Made by a program: the position numbers and the translations under genes
Origin: the human T2T-CHM13v2.0 reference genome, Homo sapiens
Assembly: GCF_009914755.1 (NCBI RefSeq)
Contig: NC_060932.1
Reading direction: 5' to 3' (one strand)
Length of the DNA stretch: 64,000 nt
Part shown: piece after piece, positions 1 through 13,737 of the stretch
Layout of the letters: every line of letters starts with the position of its first letter
Numbering within the stretch: the first letter of the stretch is position 1
The notes under the pieces: model-generated
Databases searched by the model: none
What the model saw: only the letters and a program-made list of their open reading frames with translations
What the model was told of the DNA's origin: nothing

Positions 1-111
1 GTAACAAAGCACAATCAAGACCATGGTATTTGAAATTTTTTAACTCCTAAAAATATATTCCATAGATGATATAATTTAATTATACTCCAAATGTTTTATC
101 TAAAATGCATT

Positions 112-167
112 TTCTGTCTTTTCCTTTTTACTCTTGTCCTCACTTTTAATGATCCATCGGCTGACAG
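112..167 (+). promoter_or_regulatory. 3' splice site region (polypyrimidine tract and AG) of the RIMS2 exon
   Basis: tttctgtcttttcctttttactcttgtcctcactttt, then aatgatccatcggctgacAG. Confidence 0.8.
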
Positions 168-409
168 TGTCTTTACATCCAAAATGCAAAGCAGACAAAT
201 GGGCATATCAGGGAAGAACATGACAAAAAGCACCAGCATCAGTGGAGACATGTGCTCACTGGAGAAGAATGATGGCAGCCAGTCTGACACTGCAGTGGGC
301 ACCTTGGGCACCAGTGGCAAAAAGCGGCGCTCTAGCCTTGGTGCCAAAATGGTAGCTATCGTTGGTCTGTCACGGAAAAGTCGCAGTGCTTCTCAGCTCA
401 GCCAAACGG
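168..409 (+). CDS. RIMS2: Internal coding exon (242 bp; phase 2 in, phase 1 out) of RIMS2, regulating synaptic membrane exocytosis protein 2; linker upstream of the C2B domain
   Basis: Translation VFTSKMQSRQMGISGKNMTKSTSISGDMCSLEKNDGSQSDTAVGTLGTSGKKRRSSLGAKMVAIVGLSRKSRSASQLSQT matches RIM2 as I recall it (...KIS|VFTSK... and ...SQLSQT|EAGGKKLRST). Acceptor ctgacAG ends at 167; donor G|GTAGGA starts at 410; GC-richer than flanks. The 91..591 ORF is this exon plus intron read-through. Confidence 0.93.
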
Positions 410-1844
410 GTAGGAATTTCAATGTTACTTTTAACTTGATATTTGAGTTGTCATTACAAGATATATTTCTTTTCTCTTACTCATTTTATTGCAGTAATGT
501 GTGGATGATGACATGTTCCAGAGGGAAAGGGCATTTTAAACTAGTTAACCTTTCTGAAATCAACAATGATGTTTTTTCCAGTGATCAATGAGCCTGCTTC
601 CAAGTGAACCTTGGCCAGTGTTCTTAAAATGTAGATAATGTCTTTCCTCCTCAGGGAGGAGTTACGCTGTGACACCCAATTGCCAGCTGCTGATCCTTTG
701 TAAAGATAATCTGAAATGGGGGATATTTGCTTTTCTTTAGGTTCCTCAAGTTGGAACCAGCTAAATTAATTTCCATTCCCAGCAAGATGCTGTGAAGATG
801 ACTTCTCATATTTTGTGTGAATAATACAGTTCTTGTTTTGCTGACAACCCAACTTCCTTTTCAGTTTGTAAGCAACATTTACCAGTAGTTATCAATTTTC
901 TCACTGCAATTTTTATTTCCCTGTTAAAACTTCAAACAGCAATATTCTCCAGCAGCAGGGATGGAGGAATTTTCTGCTGACAGTGAAGATATTCAAAGCT
1001 TTGCTACTTTAAAATTCAGTTGCTAAATCACATCTGCAAAAATAAATTATATACAACACTCCTACTCAGAAAAGCCACTGTTAGCAATTAAGAAATTTGT
1101 GAATCAAAGCAATGTCTTTTTTCAAATGGGTGTAGATAATTAAACATTAAATCCTTGGTATCTTGGAAATAATAGCATATCTTCTACTTGACAAACAAAT
1201 GCATGTAATATGGTGTTTCTTTTATAGCAAAATAAATTATAGGCAGCTGGATTAAATCTAATTTGTGTTTGACTACTAGGACTCTTGTACATAGAAGTCA
1301 GATATAAATCTACAGCACAAAAGAATTTAAGGTTACATTAATTCCTGGACCCGGCTAATCTTGATTTTTGCAAACCGTACTTGTGATTCTGGGAATTTAG
1401 TCTTATTTAACAATATTATATTGAAATAATTATTTGGTGGTATTTTTTATATTCTGGTTGTAACTAAAGATATTTAAAGTGATTTTTGTCATAGGATTTT
1501 TAATTTGGTGTTGTAAAATACTATTTTGCATTTTAATATATAAATAGAAGTTTAATTTATGGACAGTGGACATACAGATCATATTTTAATGATTTTTAAA
1601 ATTGTTAGTATTTATACCTAATTAACTATGTTGTGCTAATATGATACATGTTGGCCTTTTGAAATTGAGGTTTTTTTATACTTCTCTAATAGAACTTCAT
1701 TGCATGTTTTTCTTTAAAACTTACAAACATCTGTCAATCTAAAACTTCTCTAAAAAATAAAGTCTACTAATTTTTTTTAAATTAGGAACCTAAAATGGAC
1801 GTTAGTAAGACTACAAGTTAGAAAATATATGAAACTAAATAATT

Positions 1845-3560
1845 AATTCCATTCACTCAGGGTTCTTATTTATAAGTATTGAACGCTTACCGTGTGCCAG
1901 ACACATGAAGAAAAAAGATGAATAGGAAATCATTTATAACCCAAGTTGCTTACAGTCTAATAGAGGACAGATACTTAAACAGATTGCTTCAAGGTCATAC
2001 GCCAGTGGTGAATCTAGAGTTACACAGATGGTACACTGGATGCTCAGAGGAAGGCCACTTGACTCAACCTGGAACTCCAGGAATGAATTCCTGGAGATGA
2101 TGCCTCATCAGAGGTGTCATCTCAGTGACTCAAGTGGCTGCTAACTAGGTAAAAGACGATTAGAAAGGTGTTCTAGATAGAAACCGTAAGAAACAAGGCA
2201 TAGATCCATGATATGTGCAGGAATGATAAACAGTTACATAATTTTAACATAAAATATTGGACTAAATAGCTAGAGATGAGGCTAGCAGATAAATAGAGAC
2301 CAGGTCATAGAGCATCTCAGATCATAATTATAGATGATAGGAAGTTTTAAAAGGTTCTCAGTAGAGGATTGATATGGTCATATTTGTATGTACTTTATGT
2401 ATAGTTTTTAGGCCATTCAGGCTGCCATTTGTTTATGTAACAAATAATTTTTGAGTACCTATCATTTGCCAGGGACTATTCTAAAGAAAACAGAAGACAG
2501 AAATCCTTCTTCTCTTGGAGCTTATATTCTAGTGGGGCTACAATAAAGAGGTAAACTTAAGTCCATACCTGGAAAAGAGCATTTAAGGATGAATTAACAG
2601 AGAAGTATGATAATTCAGACAAAAGATAAGATCCTGAGCTAAGCCAGCCGTAATAAAGATAGAGAGGGAATGATAGATTCAGGGAATTTTTAAAGAGCAA
2701 AATTAGTAGTCATTTACCTGATTAAGTGACTGATTGGATATGAGGAGGTGAAGGAGAGAAAATTCTAAGATGACTCCCATATTTCTGACTTGCATCACTG
2801 AGTGGATGGTAGTGCCATTAATGGATATTGGAAGTATAAGAGGAGTGGTTGCGGCATGGTGACTGATGCCTGTAATCCCAGCACTTTGGGAGGCCAAGGC
2901 AGGCAGATCACTTGAGGTCAGGAGTTTGAGACCAGCCTGGGCAACATGGCAAAACCCTATCTCTACAAAAAATACAAAAGTTAGCCCCTCATGATGACTT
3001 ATGCCTGTAGTCCCAGCTACACTGGAGGCTGAGGCATGAGAATTGCTTCAACCCAGGAGACAGAGGTTACAGTGAGCCGAGATTGGCTGCTGCCCTCCAG
3101 CCTGGGTGACGGAGCGAGACTCTGTCCTGCACTCCCCCAACTCCAGAAAAAAAAAAGAGATGTTGGGGAAAGAGGAAGAGGGATGAGTCTTTGATTTATG
3201 AAATTTTGAATTTGTGATATATGTGAAAATTTCCAAGTGGAAATGTCTAGAACATTTAAATAAACACTTTTGAAGCTTGTGTCAGAAGCAGGGACATAAA
3301 TCTGAGAGTTACAAAGTTTAGGTAATACTTAAACTCATGAACATGGCTGAAATTGCCCAAGAAGAATTATACAGATAAAACAGCAGTAGGCCAAGACAAT
3401 GCCCTGTGGAAGATTAACATTTTAGAATTGCGCGGAGGAAGAGCCCAAGAAGAAGAAGAAGGAACAATCACAAAGAAAAGACCAAAATTATGAGAGGATA
3501 GTATCACAGAAATTAAGAGGGTAGAATATTCAAAAACAGAAGGGTCAGTATTTCTCAATA
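1845..3560 (-). mobile_element. Ancient L2 LINE fragments, interrupted by an Alu
   Basis: L2-type motifs attcattcactca..., tattgaacgcttaccgtgtgccagaca, gatgactcccatatttctgacttg, and purine-rich degenerate sequence. Confidence 0.6.
2850..3157 (+). mobile_element. Alu (AluS/J age)
   Basis: tgcctgtaatcccagcactttgggaggccaaggc...tacaaaaaatacaaaa...cagcctgggtgacggagcgagactc and A tail. Confidence 0.95.
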
Positions 3561-5059
3561 ATCAATTTCATGTCTTTACATGTTTGGCACAACTGTCCCA
3601 TATATCTTTCTTTGATTGTATTTGTATTACAAAATTATAGCTCTATTGACCATACATTGAGATTCTGTAACAACACTGATTTTCATGTATGAGTAGTTAT
3701 AGGTTTTTGTCTCAAAAACATTGTGATGTTGGCAGATTTAAGAAATGTAGTCTTGTTTCTTGTTATATCATAAAGTTCCTTCCTATATATTACATAGCAA
3801 ATGATAAAATCTCTTTGTCACTGTCTTCATTACTATTCAGTGACATTATAATGGGTACATTTTTAATTGTTCTTAAAATTTGCAGTTATTCATACCTACT
3901 CCCCTTAATAGATTTGACCTGCTGACAATAGAATTCAGATTATCTCTCATTTTAAAGCCCAAGTTTAACTGTAGCATAGCCAACAGAGATTGTTTTACAA
4001 TTACTGGATTTCAAACTTCCAATGGGTTTCTCAGTTCTGTATTTGTGTGCATATGTATATGTGTTCAAAATAAGGTTTTAATTATGCTTTATTTTCTTAA
4101 GAAAAAAATGGAATCATAAGCTCCAAAAGTATTTGAAACAAATCTTCAAATTTCAGTATTTGAGCATATGATCTAGTAGCTTAGATATTAAATTATCAAA
4201 AGTCATTATCTACAATAATGAACTAGTTTTATAATGCTGGATCTTATAATAGCTTCTTTCTTCAGACATAAATATATAAGATGTATTGAGTAACTTGCCT
4301 GAAACAAAGAAATTCTTTGTGTGTTTTCAGCTATATGTTTGTATTTTCAAAGACTTGTTTAGTATTCTCTTTATTTTCCTGGTCTCTATGTGAAGATCTA
4401 TATGTAATTAAGTTAAAGAGTCATCATGTGATGAATGATGTATCATAATGATTTCAATATTTTGAGATGGTATTTACTATTGTAAAAATAAATGTTATTG
4501 TACCACCATGGATTTCAAGATCAGACAAGACAACTTACCTCCCTTCTGAAGAGTAGAAACTCAGCAAAACGGGGTCTTCCTAAAGAATAGTGAAATGATT
4601 CTGGATGATATCACAGTAATTATATGTAAATAATAATTGGCAAAGGAGAAACCTTTTATAAAGGTATGTTGACCAACACACATAGAGGCTAAGTTATAAC
4701 TCTCTTCTGTCACACTATTTGTATGTTCCATTGCCTGTTAATTGGAAACTCATCTTTTAAATCACTGTTTCTAAAGAATTGAGTATGACTTGATAGGCAT
4801 CATAACCTAGTAGAGAGCATATAGAGGGAATAAGGAGACTTGAATTCTATTGCTTACTCTGGGTTATATATTAAATATGGACTCTTTAAAAACTTATCCA
4901 GCAGATCTGAGTCATAGTATGTCTATCTGACTGATGGAATTGACACGTGCTATCCTAACAGCATTTCTATAAAGATAATATTTTTAAATGTAAGAAAAGT
5001 ACATTAAAATCACATGGTAGATATAAGACATCAGTAGCCAATTCAGCCTCATAGGGGAA

Positions 5060-5850
5060 TCAAGAGTTCTGTTTTAGACATGATTTTGATTTTGAGATGT
5101 CCATTAGACATCTAAGTACAGTTATTACATGATTAAGTGCATAGATGAATTCAGAGCCCAGTAGATCAAAGCTAAGGATGTAATTTAGGAGTAATCCGCG
5201 GGTAGCATTTGAAGCCATAGAACTGGATAAGATTATATATGGTAACTTGAATCAAGAAGAAAACTAAAGACTGAGCCCTAAGACATTCTACCATTTAGAG
5301 GTCAGGAAGAAGAAGAAAATTCATCAGAGGCTTAAGAGAAGGCAACCATTAAAGGAAAAACAAAAAAAGGATATCTTAGAAACCAAATGAAGAAAATATT
5401 TTAAGAAGCAGGACATGATCAACTGTGTCAGGGGCTCTGACAGGTCAAGTAAGATGAAGACTGATAATTTACCATTGAATTTGGCAAGATGGAGAAATTT
5501 GGTAAACCTTGACAAACCTTGCAGTGGTGGACAAAGCCTGATGGGAGCATGTAAAGAAAACGAAGAGGTGAGTTAGAGTCAGTGAGAATAAAAATATGAA
5601 CACCTAACACTTTTTAAGCACTTATTATGTGCTAGTCACAGTTCAAAGCATTTACATGTAAATCATTTAAACCTCACAACAAAGTTATGAAGGAGGAATG
5701 AGTTATTATCTCCATTCGATAGATGGGGGGAAAAAGTAGGGAGACAGGAAATAAATTCCCCAAATTTACCCAGCTAATGTCATGGGTGGAAGTTGGAATT
5801 TGAATCCAGACAATCTGGATCTGGATACTTCACTTTTAATTTTTCTATCA
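5060..5850. mobile_element. L2 fragment followed by MIR
   Basis: tttgagatgtccattagacatctaagt... (L2); aagcacttattatgtgctag...cctcacaacaa...attatctccatt (MIR core). Confidence 0.6.
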
Positions 5851-5859
5851 CAGTCTAGA

Positions 5860-6075
5860 ATAGCACTGTTAAATAGAACTTTTGGCAGTGATGGCAATCT
5901 CCTACATCTGCCCTGTCCTGTACAATATGGTAGCGCTAGTCACATGTGGCCATTGAACACTTGAAATGTGGCTAGGGTAACTAAGTTAACTGGATTTTTA
6001 ATTCTTTTACATTTTTAATTAAATTATTTTAAATTCAAATAGGCACATGCGACTAGTGATTACTGGATAGCACAG
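5860..6075. mobile_element. MER3-like hAT-Charlie MITE
   Basis: agcactgttaaatagaactttt...gtcacatgtggccattgaacacttgaaatgtggctag...ggcacatgcgactagt...ggatagcacag. Confidence 0.8.
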
Positions 6076-6644
6076 TTAAAAACAATTCTTTCTGGGATTT
6101 TTTAAAACAAATAAGAAATAGAAATTTTAAAATAGGACTATAACTTGAGGGAGAGAGAATCAAAGAAGAGCTTTGTTTTTTAAAAACAGGGACTTACTTG
6201 TGGGAACAATTGGGTAGGTGAGATCCAGAACTTAAGTGGAGATCATTGGTTGTAACCTGTGGTCACTCAGGCATCTGCGCTCTTTTCATCTTGTAATAAT
6301 TTATAAGCTCACACAGTACTTTAAAGTAACTGTTGTTATAACATTTAGCAACTGTAATCATTTACTCATCTATCTCTTGCCTAAACTGTTTTTCTTGTTT
6401 AGTTTATCCTTCTCAGTTTCTAGTATTGTATCACATATGGTGATCCTCAATGAAAGGGCCATGAATTCCATGAGGCTACATGATACACTTCCCTGGGGAA
6501 TGGAAAGAAATAGTAGAGTTTACTTTTTTTTTTTAATCTAAAAAACAAAAAAGAAATTAAACTTTACAAATATTTAATATATGGCTTCACCTAGTATTCT
6601 CAGTCTAAATGCCAGAAGGTCTCATGCCTTTCTGGGGGTGTTAG

Positions 6645-7270
<626 letters not shown>

Positions 7271-7639
7271 TTGGGGGTGTTAGTTTCAACTACACTAACA
7301 ATGAGAAAATAGGAAAGTGGCTTAAAAAGATTCTTGCGATGAAACTGTGGTTTGAAGATGATACCAAGTTTGCAACTTTCACTCCTAGTTAAGCTCTTCA
7401 TCAGCCCCCAATAAAGACACTATGACACTTTAAGATCTGACAAGAAGTTTACCAAAAAATTCTAAGTTATCAAAAAGATGAATAACATATGGATTTACAT
7501 CTACTATTATTAACAAGAAACCTTACCCTAGGTTTATACTTTACATGGCCTATGGTGTGTCTTTGTGATGTTTCTTTTTCAACTATGACATAATTAAAAC
7601 TAACTATGAGAAAACTGAATTTGGAAGCCAACCTTCAAA

Positions 7640-8037
7640 ATACTGTATTTACCTAACATACATTACCTGCTGTAATATATACAAACCCTGAAAACTTAAT
7701 ACAAAAGTTCATTTATTCATCAAATATCAGTCCAATTTAGATATTTCCAGTAGGCAGTGGCCTTTTCTGTAGTCATCCAGGGCTCAAGACTTTTTTCATC
7801 TTGTGGGCTTTCCCTCTTAGAAGGCCTTAGAGCCCTCTCTCTTCAGCCACTACCTGGGAAGTTTTACGGACAGGAATTGGAAATGGTAACATCACTTCTG
7901 CTTCTATTCCATTGGCTGCTTAGTCAGAAGGCTCATACTGGAAAATGGGACATTGGGAAATTTATAGCCTTAGAGAGTGCCCAGGAAAAAGAGCAAACAG
8001 GTTTGATAAGCAAACCACAATCTAATACTGCCACACA
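7640..8037. mobile_element. Old MaLR (MLT1-type) solo LTR
   Basis: agtcatccagggctcaagac...atcacttctgcttctattccattggc...ctgccaca, typical of old MLT1 ends. Confidence 0.5.
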
Positions 8038-8929
8038 GCATTAAGCCACTGTTTTCAGAAATTATAAGGCACTTTACTTCAAATATGTTTCCTGAGAGCA
8101 TAAGTCTTATTTTATTATTTAAAATAACTATTTGCAAATATTTATTGAATTTTAATCACCTTTTAAAATATCTGCATATATTTTATGTATTGTTAAAGTG
8201 TAGTAGAATATGTGCATCATTTATAAATAAATTTTTACAGAACTAGAAGTGAGATTTTTAGAGATTTATAACTACTGACCTAGTATGTAACAGTGCTAAG
8301 TGGATGTTTGCTAAGGAAACAGAGAAACTCAATTGCTGGCCAACTCACTGTAATCCTGGATCCATCCTTCCTAATGCTTATTTTTTTGAACAGCATTCAG
8401 ACCAGGCATACAGAAAGTGACTTGATGTATGCCCTATTAATACACAAGCGTACATTAAATACAGTAATATCTGTGGAAACAAGTAATAAGAATGAAAGAG
8501 ATGTTAAGTAATAGTATTATCTTTTCACATCATCACAAATCTCAAACTAACCCTATAGGATATGGCATGTTAATGTAGGATTCTAACAATGTGCCTTTAC
8601 CACTAAATTTAGGCATATTTCTTGCCTTTAAAATTATAACAGTGTTTTAGCCCTTATAATATTATCCTTCATTATTTAAAAATATTGAATCATGCTACTG
8701 TATGTTATTTACTACAAGTGACTCAAGTATTGTAGATGAGGTAAACAAAACATTTTCTGTAAGTGAAAGCTGGTGTTAATATTATCATAAATTGTGTTAA
8801 GGTACTTATATAGCATCTAGGCTCGGCATGTAGCTAAGAAAGATAGTTTTATTGTTCTTGGAAACTAATTCAGCATTTCTTAAATTTGAATTGGATTTCA
8901 TATTTTTCTTCTAAAAAACATATTTTTGA

Positions 8930-11350
8930 AATACTTTTAATTGTGGTAAAATACACGTGACATAAAGTTTACCTGTTAACCATTTTTAAGTGTACAGTTA
9001 AGTGCTTTTAAATATGTTCATTATGTTGTGCAACTATCACCACAATCCATCTCCACAACTCTTTTCAGTTGCAAAACTTAAACTATGTATCCATTAAGCA
9101 ATAACTCTTCATTCTTCCCTCTTCCCAGCCCTTAGTAACCACCATTTTACTTTGTCTTTGTGAATTTGACTGCTCTAGATATTTCTACTCATCAGAATTT
9201 GCTTCTTTTTTAAGGCTGAATAATATTCCATTGTGTGTATGTACATGTATACACCACATTTTGTTTATCCATTCATCTGTCAGTAGGCACTTGGGTTCCT
9301 TCACCTTCTGGCTGTTGTGAATAATGCTACTATGTATATGGGTGTACAAATATTTCTAACAGGCCCTCCTTTCAATTATTTTGGGGATATACCCAGAAGT
9401 GGAATTGCTGGATCATATGATAATTTAACTTTTGTTTTTTGAGGAACTGCCATACTGGTTTTCTAATTATTGTTATTATTATTATTATACTTTAAGTTCT
9501 AGGGTACATGTGCACAATGTGCAGGTTTGTTACATAGGTATACATGTGCCATGTTGGTTTGCTGCACCCATCAACTCGTCATTTACGTTAGATATTTCTC
9601 CTAACGCTATCCCTCCCCCAATAGGCCCCAGTGTATGATGTTCCCCTCCTTGTATCCATATGTTCTCATTGTTCAACTCCAACTTATGAGTGAGAACATG
9701 CAGTATTTGGTTTTCTGTCCTTGTGATATTTTGCTGAGAATGATGGTTTCCAGCTTCATCCATGTCCCTGCGAAGGACATGAACTCGTCCTTTTTTATGG
9801 CTGCATAGTATTCTGTGGTGTATATGTGCCACATTTTCTTTATCCAGTCTATTATTGATGGACCTTTGGGTTGGTTCCAAGTCTTTGCTATTGTGAATAG
9901 TGCCGCAATAAACATATGTGTGCGTGTGTCTTTATAGTAGCATGATTTATAATCCTTTGGGTATATACCCAGTAATGGGATTGCTGGGTCAAGAGGTATT
10001 TCTAATTCTAGATCCTTGAGGAATCGCCACACTGTCTTCCACAATGGTTGAACTAATTTACACTCCTACCAACAGTGTAAAAGCATTCCTATTTTTCCAC
10101 ATCCTCTCCAGCATCTGATATTTCCTGACTTTTTAATGATTGCCATTCTAACTGGAGTGAGATGGTATCTCTTTGTGGTTTTGATTTGCATTTCTCTGAT
10201 GACCAGTGATGATGAGCATTTTTTCATGTGTCTGTTGGCTGCATAAATGTCGTCTTTTGAGAGGTGTCTGTTCATATCCTTTGCCCACTTTCTGATGGGG
10301 TTGTTTTTTTTCTTGTAAATTTGTTTAAGTTCTTTGTAGATTCTGGATATTAACCCTTTTTCAGATGGATAGATTGCAAAAATTTTCTCCCATTCTGTAG
10401 GTTGCCTGTTCACTCTGATGATAGTTTCTTTTGTTGTGCAGAAGCTCTTTAGTTTAATTAGATTCCATTTGTCTATTTTGCCTTTTGTTGCCATTGCTTT
10501 TAGTGTTTTAGTCATGAAGTCTTTGCCCATGCCTATATCCTGAATGGTATTGCCTAGGTTTTCTTCTAGGGTTTTTATGGTTTTAGGTCTTACATTTAAG
10601 TCTCTAATCCATCTTGAGTTAATTTTTGTATAAGGTGTAAGGGAGGGATCCAGTTTCAGCTTTCTACATATGGCTAGCCAGTTTTCCCAGCACCATTTAT
10701 TAAATAAGGAATCCTTTCCCCATTGCTTGTTTTTGCCAGGTTTGTCAAAGATGAGATGGTTGTAGATGTGTGTTGTTAATTCTGAGGCCTCTATTCTGTT
10801 CCATTGGTCTATATATTTGTTTTGGTACCAGTACCATGCTGTTTTGGTTACTGTAGCCTTGTAGTATAGTTTGAAGTCAAGTAGCATTATGCCTCCAGCT
10901 TTGTTCTTTTTGCTTAGGATTATCGTGGCTATGCAGGCTCTTTTTTGGTTCCATATGAACTTTAAAGTAGTTTTTTCCAATTCTGTGAAGAAAGTCAGTG
11001 GTAGCTTGATGGGGATAGCATTGAACCTATAAATTACCTTGGGCAGGCCATACTGGTTTTCATAGCAGCTGTACAAGTTTATATTCCCACCAGTAGTGCA
11101 CAAGAGTTCCAATTTCTTCAGATCCTTGCCAATACTTAATTTTTTTTGTGGGGGTGGTTTCTGATAATAGCCATTCTAATGAGTATGAGGGTGGTATCTC
11201 ATTGTGGTTTGGATTTGCATTTCCCTAATGATTAGTGGTATTGAGCATCTTTTCATATGCTCATAGATCATTTGTTTATCTTCTTTAGAACACTGTTTAT
11301 TGGAGACCTTTACCCATTTCTTAATCAGGTTCCAGGGGGTTTTTGTTGAG
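8930..11350 (-). mobile_element. Older L1 (L1MB-like) 3' fragment, split by a younger L1 insertion
   Basis: tttaattgtggtaaaatacac...ccatttttaagtgtacagtt 3' end. Sequence resumes at 11062 (atagcagctgtacaagtttatattcccacc) directly after the TSD. Confidence 0.85.
9464..11046 (-). mobile_element. 5'-truncated primate L1PA element (ORF2 C-terminus and 3' UTR) with 15-bp TSD
   Basis: ORFs 10066..11112 and 9673..10044 translate to L1 ORF2 C-term ([12 protein letters not shown]...[13 protein letters not shown]...MFIAALFTIAK). 3' end tatactttaagttctagggtacatgtgcac. TSD gccatactggttttc at 9449-9463 and 11047-11061. Confidence 0.97.
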
Positions 11351-11414
11351 TTAAAAATAAACTTTTTTAAAATAGAAAACTAGAAGCAGGTTTTTTCAAT
11401 CTTAAGAGTCATCT

Positions 11415-11710
<296 letters not shown>

Positions 11711-12464
11711 TCATCTGTATATTAATAATAACATATATTATAACTTATTTGCATTTGTCCAAATCCCATCAGACTATAAATTTCTTGAGGGAAGGAGCTA
11801 TATCTCATTCATTTTTACATCTCTGGTACCTAAGATAATAGTTGATATCCACAAAATACTCAGTATTTGTTAGAATGCATGTATGAATAAATGAGTGAAC
11901 AAATGAATGAATAACAATTTAATCTCTTTAGAGAAGATAACTTAAAACTGTATTCCCCAAGGTATTAAACTGATATATTGATGTTTTGAAGCTATAAATG
12001 ATCATATGGATATATGTCAAATGTTTCTTATTTATCATCTCATATTCTAGTGTTTCATTATTGTTTATGGAAATAAGTAGAACTCTTGAAAGCTTTTGTT
12101 AAGGAATATTTATATCTACAGCTACAAATGCAAATTATCTTGTGTTATCCCTTTCCAAACATGAAGGTTGCAGTCATAATCAAATTATTAATAATTTGCT
12201 AATGTATTCTTATGGTATTTTAATCATTTCCCTAAGTCAGTAATATTATTCATACATTTATTCATTAAATAAACATTTTTATCAACTACACTATTTGTAA
12301 GAATCATTTTAATGGATGCCATGAAAGACATAACTTGACAAAACATTGTCCCTACTACCTCATAGCTTCTATATTCTTAGGATCTTAAAATCTACTAGAG
12401 GAAATGAGTTGTCAGCTTGAGTAAACATAAAACAAGGTGGAACATCATGAGGATTAGCAAGATT

Positions 12465-12700
12465 CTGTAAGGGAGTGTGGCAGAATGAAGAAAACATAAA
12501 TTTTAGAGTTCAAGCAGGCCTGAATTCAGGTCCCAATTCTGCCACCTGGGCAAGTTACTTCTCTGAATCTCCATTTTCTCAGCTGTAAAAATTATGGACT
12601 CTATCCTCCTACTCCATGAAGTTGTTATGAGCACTTATACTAAGCACTTAAAACTTTGTCTAACATATACTAAGTTTCTATTAAATGACAGCTGTTATTA
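12465..12700 (+). mobile_element. MIR SINE
   Basis: cctgaattcaggtcccaattctgccac...gggcaagttacttctctgaatctc...ctgtaaaa. Confidence 0.65.
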
Positions 12701-13176
12701 ATATTATTGTTAACATAAGTTTAGCTGTTATCATTAATATTATTATTATATTGTCATTAATGTAATAGTGGAAATGATTCCTTCCAGCATTGTTGCCAGG
12801 GTACCAATTGATCTGAACCTTGAAGTATGGATAATGTTTAAATTGTGAAGATGCTGAGAATATGGCCTGGACATTTTGGACATGGGAAATATTAGACTCA
12901 GAAATATGGAAAGGTATCTTATGTATGAGCAGACAGAGAGTATTTGACACATAGTGATAAATGAGACTAGCAATAGAGATTGGGGCCAGATTACAAATCA
13001 TGTTGGTTGAAGGAGTTAGAAACCTAGGGTTGGCAATAGGGATCTGTTGTAGAATTTCAAGCAGAGTCATGACAACGTAAATTAGAAACATTTTGTCAAT
13101 AAGAAAGACTAGAGATCAAGAATAAGGGACAACTTTTTTTAGATTAGAGTAGAAATGATGAGGGCATGATCTATGG

Positions 13177-13737
13177 TGTATCAGTTTCCTATTGAGGCCG
13201 TAACCCATTATCATTAGCTTAGCAACTTAAAACAATGCACATTTACCATGCCATCCTAAGACTAGGTGAGCTCTACTGGCTTCTCTGCTCTGTGTCTCAC
13301 AAGACCAAAATCAAGGTGTCATCCACGCTCGGATTTTATCTTAAGACTCAAGGCAAGACTCCATTTCCAAGGTCATTCAGTTGTTGGCGGAGCTCACTGC
13401 CTTGTGGTTGTGGACCTCAGGTTCCCATTTTCCTGGACATATGACCTCCTTCATCTTCAAGCTAACAAAGACACATTGAATCTTTCTTGTGCATTTAATC
13501 TCTCTGACTATCCATTCTCCCTTATCCCTTCTGCCTTCCAGTCAGAGAAGTTTCCCTGCTTTTAAGGGCTTATGTAATTAGATTGGGCCCACTCAGGTGA
13601 TCTAGGAAAATCTCCCTATTTTAAGGTTCATTACCTTAATTACATTTGAAAAGGTCCTTTTGCTATGTAATGTGGCATATTCCCAGAGTCCAGGGTGCAG
13701 TGCATGGACATCTTTGGGGGACCATTCTGTCTACCAG
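13177..13737. mobile_element. MaLR MLT1 solo LTR
   Basis: tgtatcagtttcctattg...caacttaaaacaatgcacattta...aaaatcaaggtgtc...taattagattgggcccact...ccattctgtctacca. Confidence 0.8.

Noticed and set aside
505-557. C/D box snoRNA-like pair (ATGATGA at 505, CTGA at 554)
   Set aside because: Only 53 nt, no terminal stem and no recognisable guide; expected by chance.
91-591. 166-aa ORF as a standalone gene
   Set aside because: It is the RIMS2 exon plus flanking intron; splice sites at 167/168 and 409/410 delimit the RIM2-like part.
2075-2096. 10-bp inverted repeat ctccaggaat/attcctggag
   Set aside because: Lies in an L2 segment that is already semi-palindromic; short enough to be chance.
10066-11112. 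348-aa ORF as a novel or domesticated protein
   Set aside because: It is the L1 ORF2 C-terminus of a 5'-truncated insertion with no promoter; the start is a non-ATG codon in the host L1.
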